Below are positions 62,863 to 64,000 of a stretch of DNA of 64,000 nucleotides, piece by piece. Positions within the stretch are counted from its first letter, which is position 1, and the number at the start of each line of letters is the position of its first letter. Below the pieces are notes generated by a model that was given only the letters and a program-made list of their open reading frames with translations, was not told the DNA's origin and searched no databases. Both the position numbers and the translations under genes were made by a program. Where the stretch lies: the NCBI GenBank assembly GCA_046339595.1, contig JBKDUF010000034.1, positions 8,963-72,962 on the forward strand, given 5' to 3'. Source of the stretch: Betaproteobacteria bacterium. Lineage in GTDB: Bacteria; Pseudomonadota; Gammaproteobacteria; Burkholderiales; SG8-41.

Positions 62863-63498
62863 CTAGTCGACCAGGCCGTTCTTGATCGCGTAATGGGTGA
62901 TTTCGGCGTTGCTGCGCAGGCCGAGTTTCTCGAGGATGCGAGCACGGTAGGCGCTGATGGTCTTGACGCTGAGGGAAAGCTGTTCGGCGATTTCGGTGGC
63001 GGTCTTGCCGGAGGCGATGAGGCACATGGTCTGGAACTCGCGGTTGGACAGCGCGTGATGGTCCTGTTGCTGTTCCTCCCCGCGCACCAGGTTGTCTGCG
63101 AGTTCCTCGGCCACCTGCGGGGTCAGGTATTTGCGGCCGCGGGCGACCTCACGTACTGCGTGCACCAGCTGCATCGGGGCGCTCTGCTTGTTGAGATAAC
63201 CCGCGGCCCCGGAACGCAGTGCGCGCAGCGCATACTGGTTTTCGGGGTGCATGGACAGCATCAGCACCGAAACCCTGGGCCTTTCCTTGCGGATCAGCTT
63301 CAGGGTTTCGATGCCGTTGCGGTCGGGCATGGAAATGTCGAGCAGCACCACGTCGCAGGCCTGTTCGCGTACGAACTTCAGAGCTTCTGCGCTGTTGCAG
63401 GCCTCTCCGACCACGGCCAGATCGGCCGTTTCTGCAATGATCTGGCGCAGCCCGCGGCGCAGGATGGCGTGATCGTCGGCGATAAGCACCCTGATCAT
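62863..63498 (-). CDS. NarL/FixJ family response regulator (REC plus LuxR HTH)
   Basis: IADDH, LLDISMP..NG, GAAGYL.K, LSNREFQ, LSVKTIS.YR. Confidence 0.95.
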   Translation of the reverse strand: MIRVLIADDHAILRRGLRQIIAETADLAVVGEACNSAEALKFVREQACDVVLLDISMPDRNGIETLKLIRKERPRVSVLMLSMHPENQYALRALRSGAAGYLNKQSAPMQLVHAVREVARGRKYLTPQVAEELADNLVRGEEQQQDHHALSNREFQTMCLIASGKTATEIAEQLSLSVKTISAYRARILEKLGLRSNAEITHYAIKNGLVD

Positions 63499-64000
63499 GC
63501 GGCCTCCGATGTGCCCGGGGAGGACGCCGCAACCGCATTACCTTCGCCCAGCGGGACCCGCAGGTTGAGGGTGGTGCCGGAGGCGGCGTCGGACAAGACT
63601 TCAAGCGTGCCACCGAGCTGTTCCGCCCGTTCCGTCATACCGCGCAAGCCGAATGAGCCGGGCTTGGCAAAGTCGGCGGCGGCGATGCCGCGGCCATTGT
63701 CGCTGATCTTGAGCACGACCACGTCCCGGCGCGCGCCGATATCGATGACCACTCGGCCAGCGGCTGCGTGCTTGCTGATATTGGTCAATGCTTCACGGCA
63801 GATGCTGAACAGGGCCGCTGCGATATCAGCCGGTACTTCGGGATCGTCCGGCGTGACTGTAACCCTGCAGGGGATGGACATGCGGTTTTCGAATTCCCGT
63901 GCCAGCCACTCCACCGCCGCGCCGAGGCCGAGGTCCAGCACTCCCGGACGCAGATCACGCGCGATGCGCGAGGTGGTGCGGATGGTTTCATCGATGAGGG
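63495..64000 (-). CDS. HisKA_3-type sensor histidine kinase, C-terminal part (5' end outside window)
   Basis: Frame open to the window end: RIARDLRPGVLDLGL, EALTNISKHA, SDNGRG, FGLRGM.ERA. Confidence 0.92.
   Translation of the reverse strand, partial: LIDETIRTTSRIARDLRPGVLDLGLGAAVEWLAREFENRMSIPCRVTVTPDDPEVPADIAAALFSICREALTNISKHAAAGRVVIDIGARRDVVVLKISDNGRGIAAADFAKPGSFGLRGMTERAEQLGGTLEVLSDAASGTTLNLRVPLGEGNAVAASSPGTSEAA

Overview
GC-rich betaproteobacterial chromosome segment (gene content typical of Rhodocyclales/Nitrosomonadales/Burkholderiales; not resolvable further) with three parts. (1) 1-16261, housekeeping and catabolic genes: YeeE/YedE transporter (partial), tRNA-Lys(UUU), TrmO-like protein, a small membrane protein, aminotransferase, metC, a three-subunit xanthine-dehydrogenase-family molybdoenzyme, two class III CoA-transferases, a VOC protein, an alpha/beta hydrolase, a Bug/TctC binding protein, a BadI/MenB-like crotonase, methylmalonyl-CoA epimerase and an Ldh_2 oxidoreductase. 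(2) 16262-19330, a decayed mlaC / glrK / qseG-like / glrR cluster of four pseudogenes, preceded by an intact GlrR-type box. (3) 19871-64000, an apparently complete FlhDC/FliA flagellar cluster with no chemotaxis genes. It instead carries a membrane-anchored FAM173-like methyltransferase coupled to motB, an HDOD protein, an uncharacterised lipoprotein after flgL, a receiver-less sigma-54 activator (with a matching -24/-12 element overlapping the sigma-28 promoter of fliD), a YcgR brake, a GGDEF cyclase with a sigma-28-like promoter, and a NarL-type two-component pair. No CRISPR array, integrase or transposase was seen. The best candidates for new biology are the stator-linked lysine-methyltransferase-like gene and the hybrid FlhDC/sigma-54/c-di-GMP wiring. 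Both are inferences from motifs and gene context, not from database searches.
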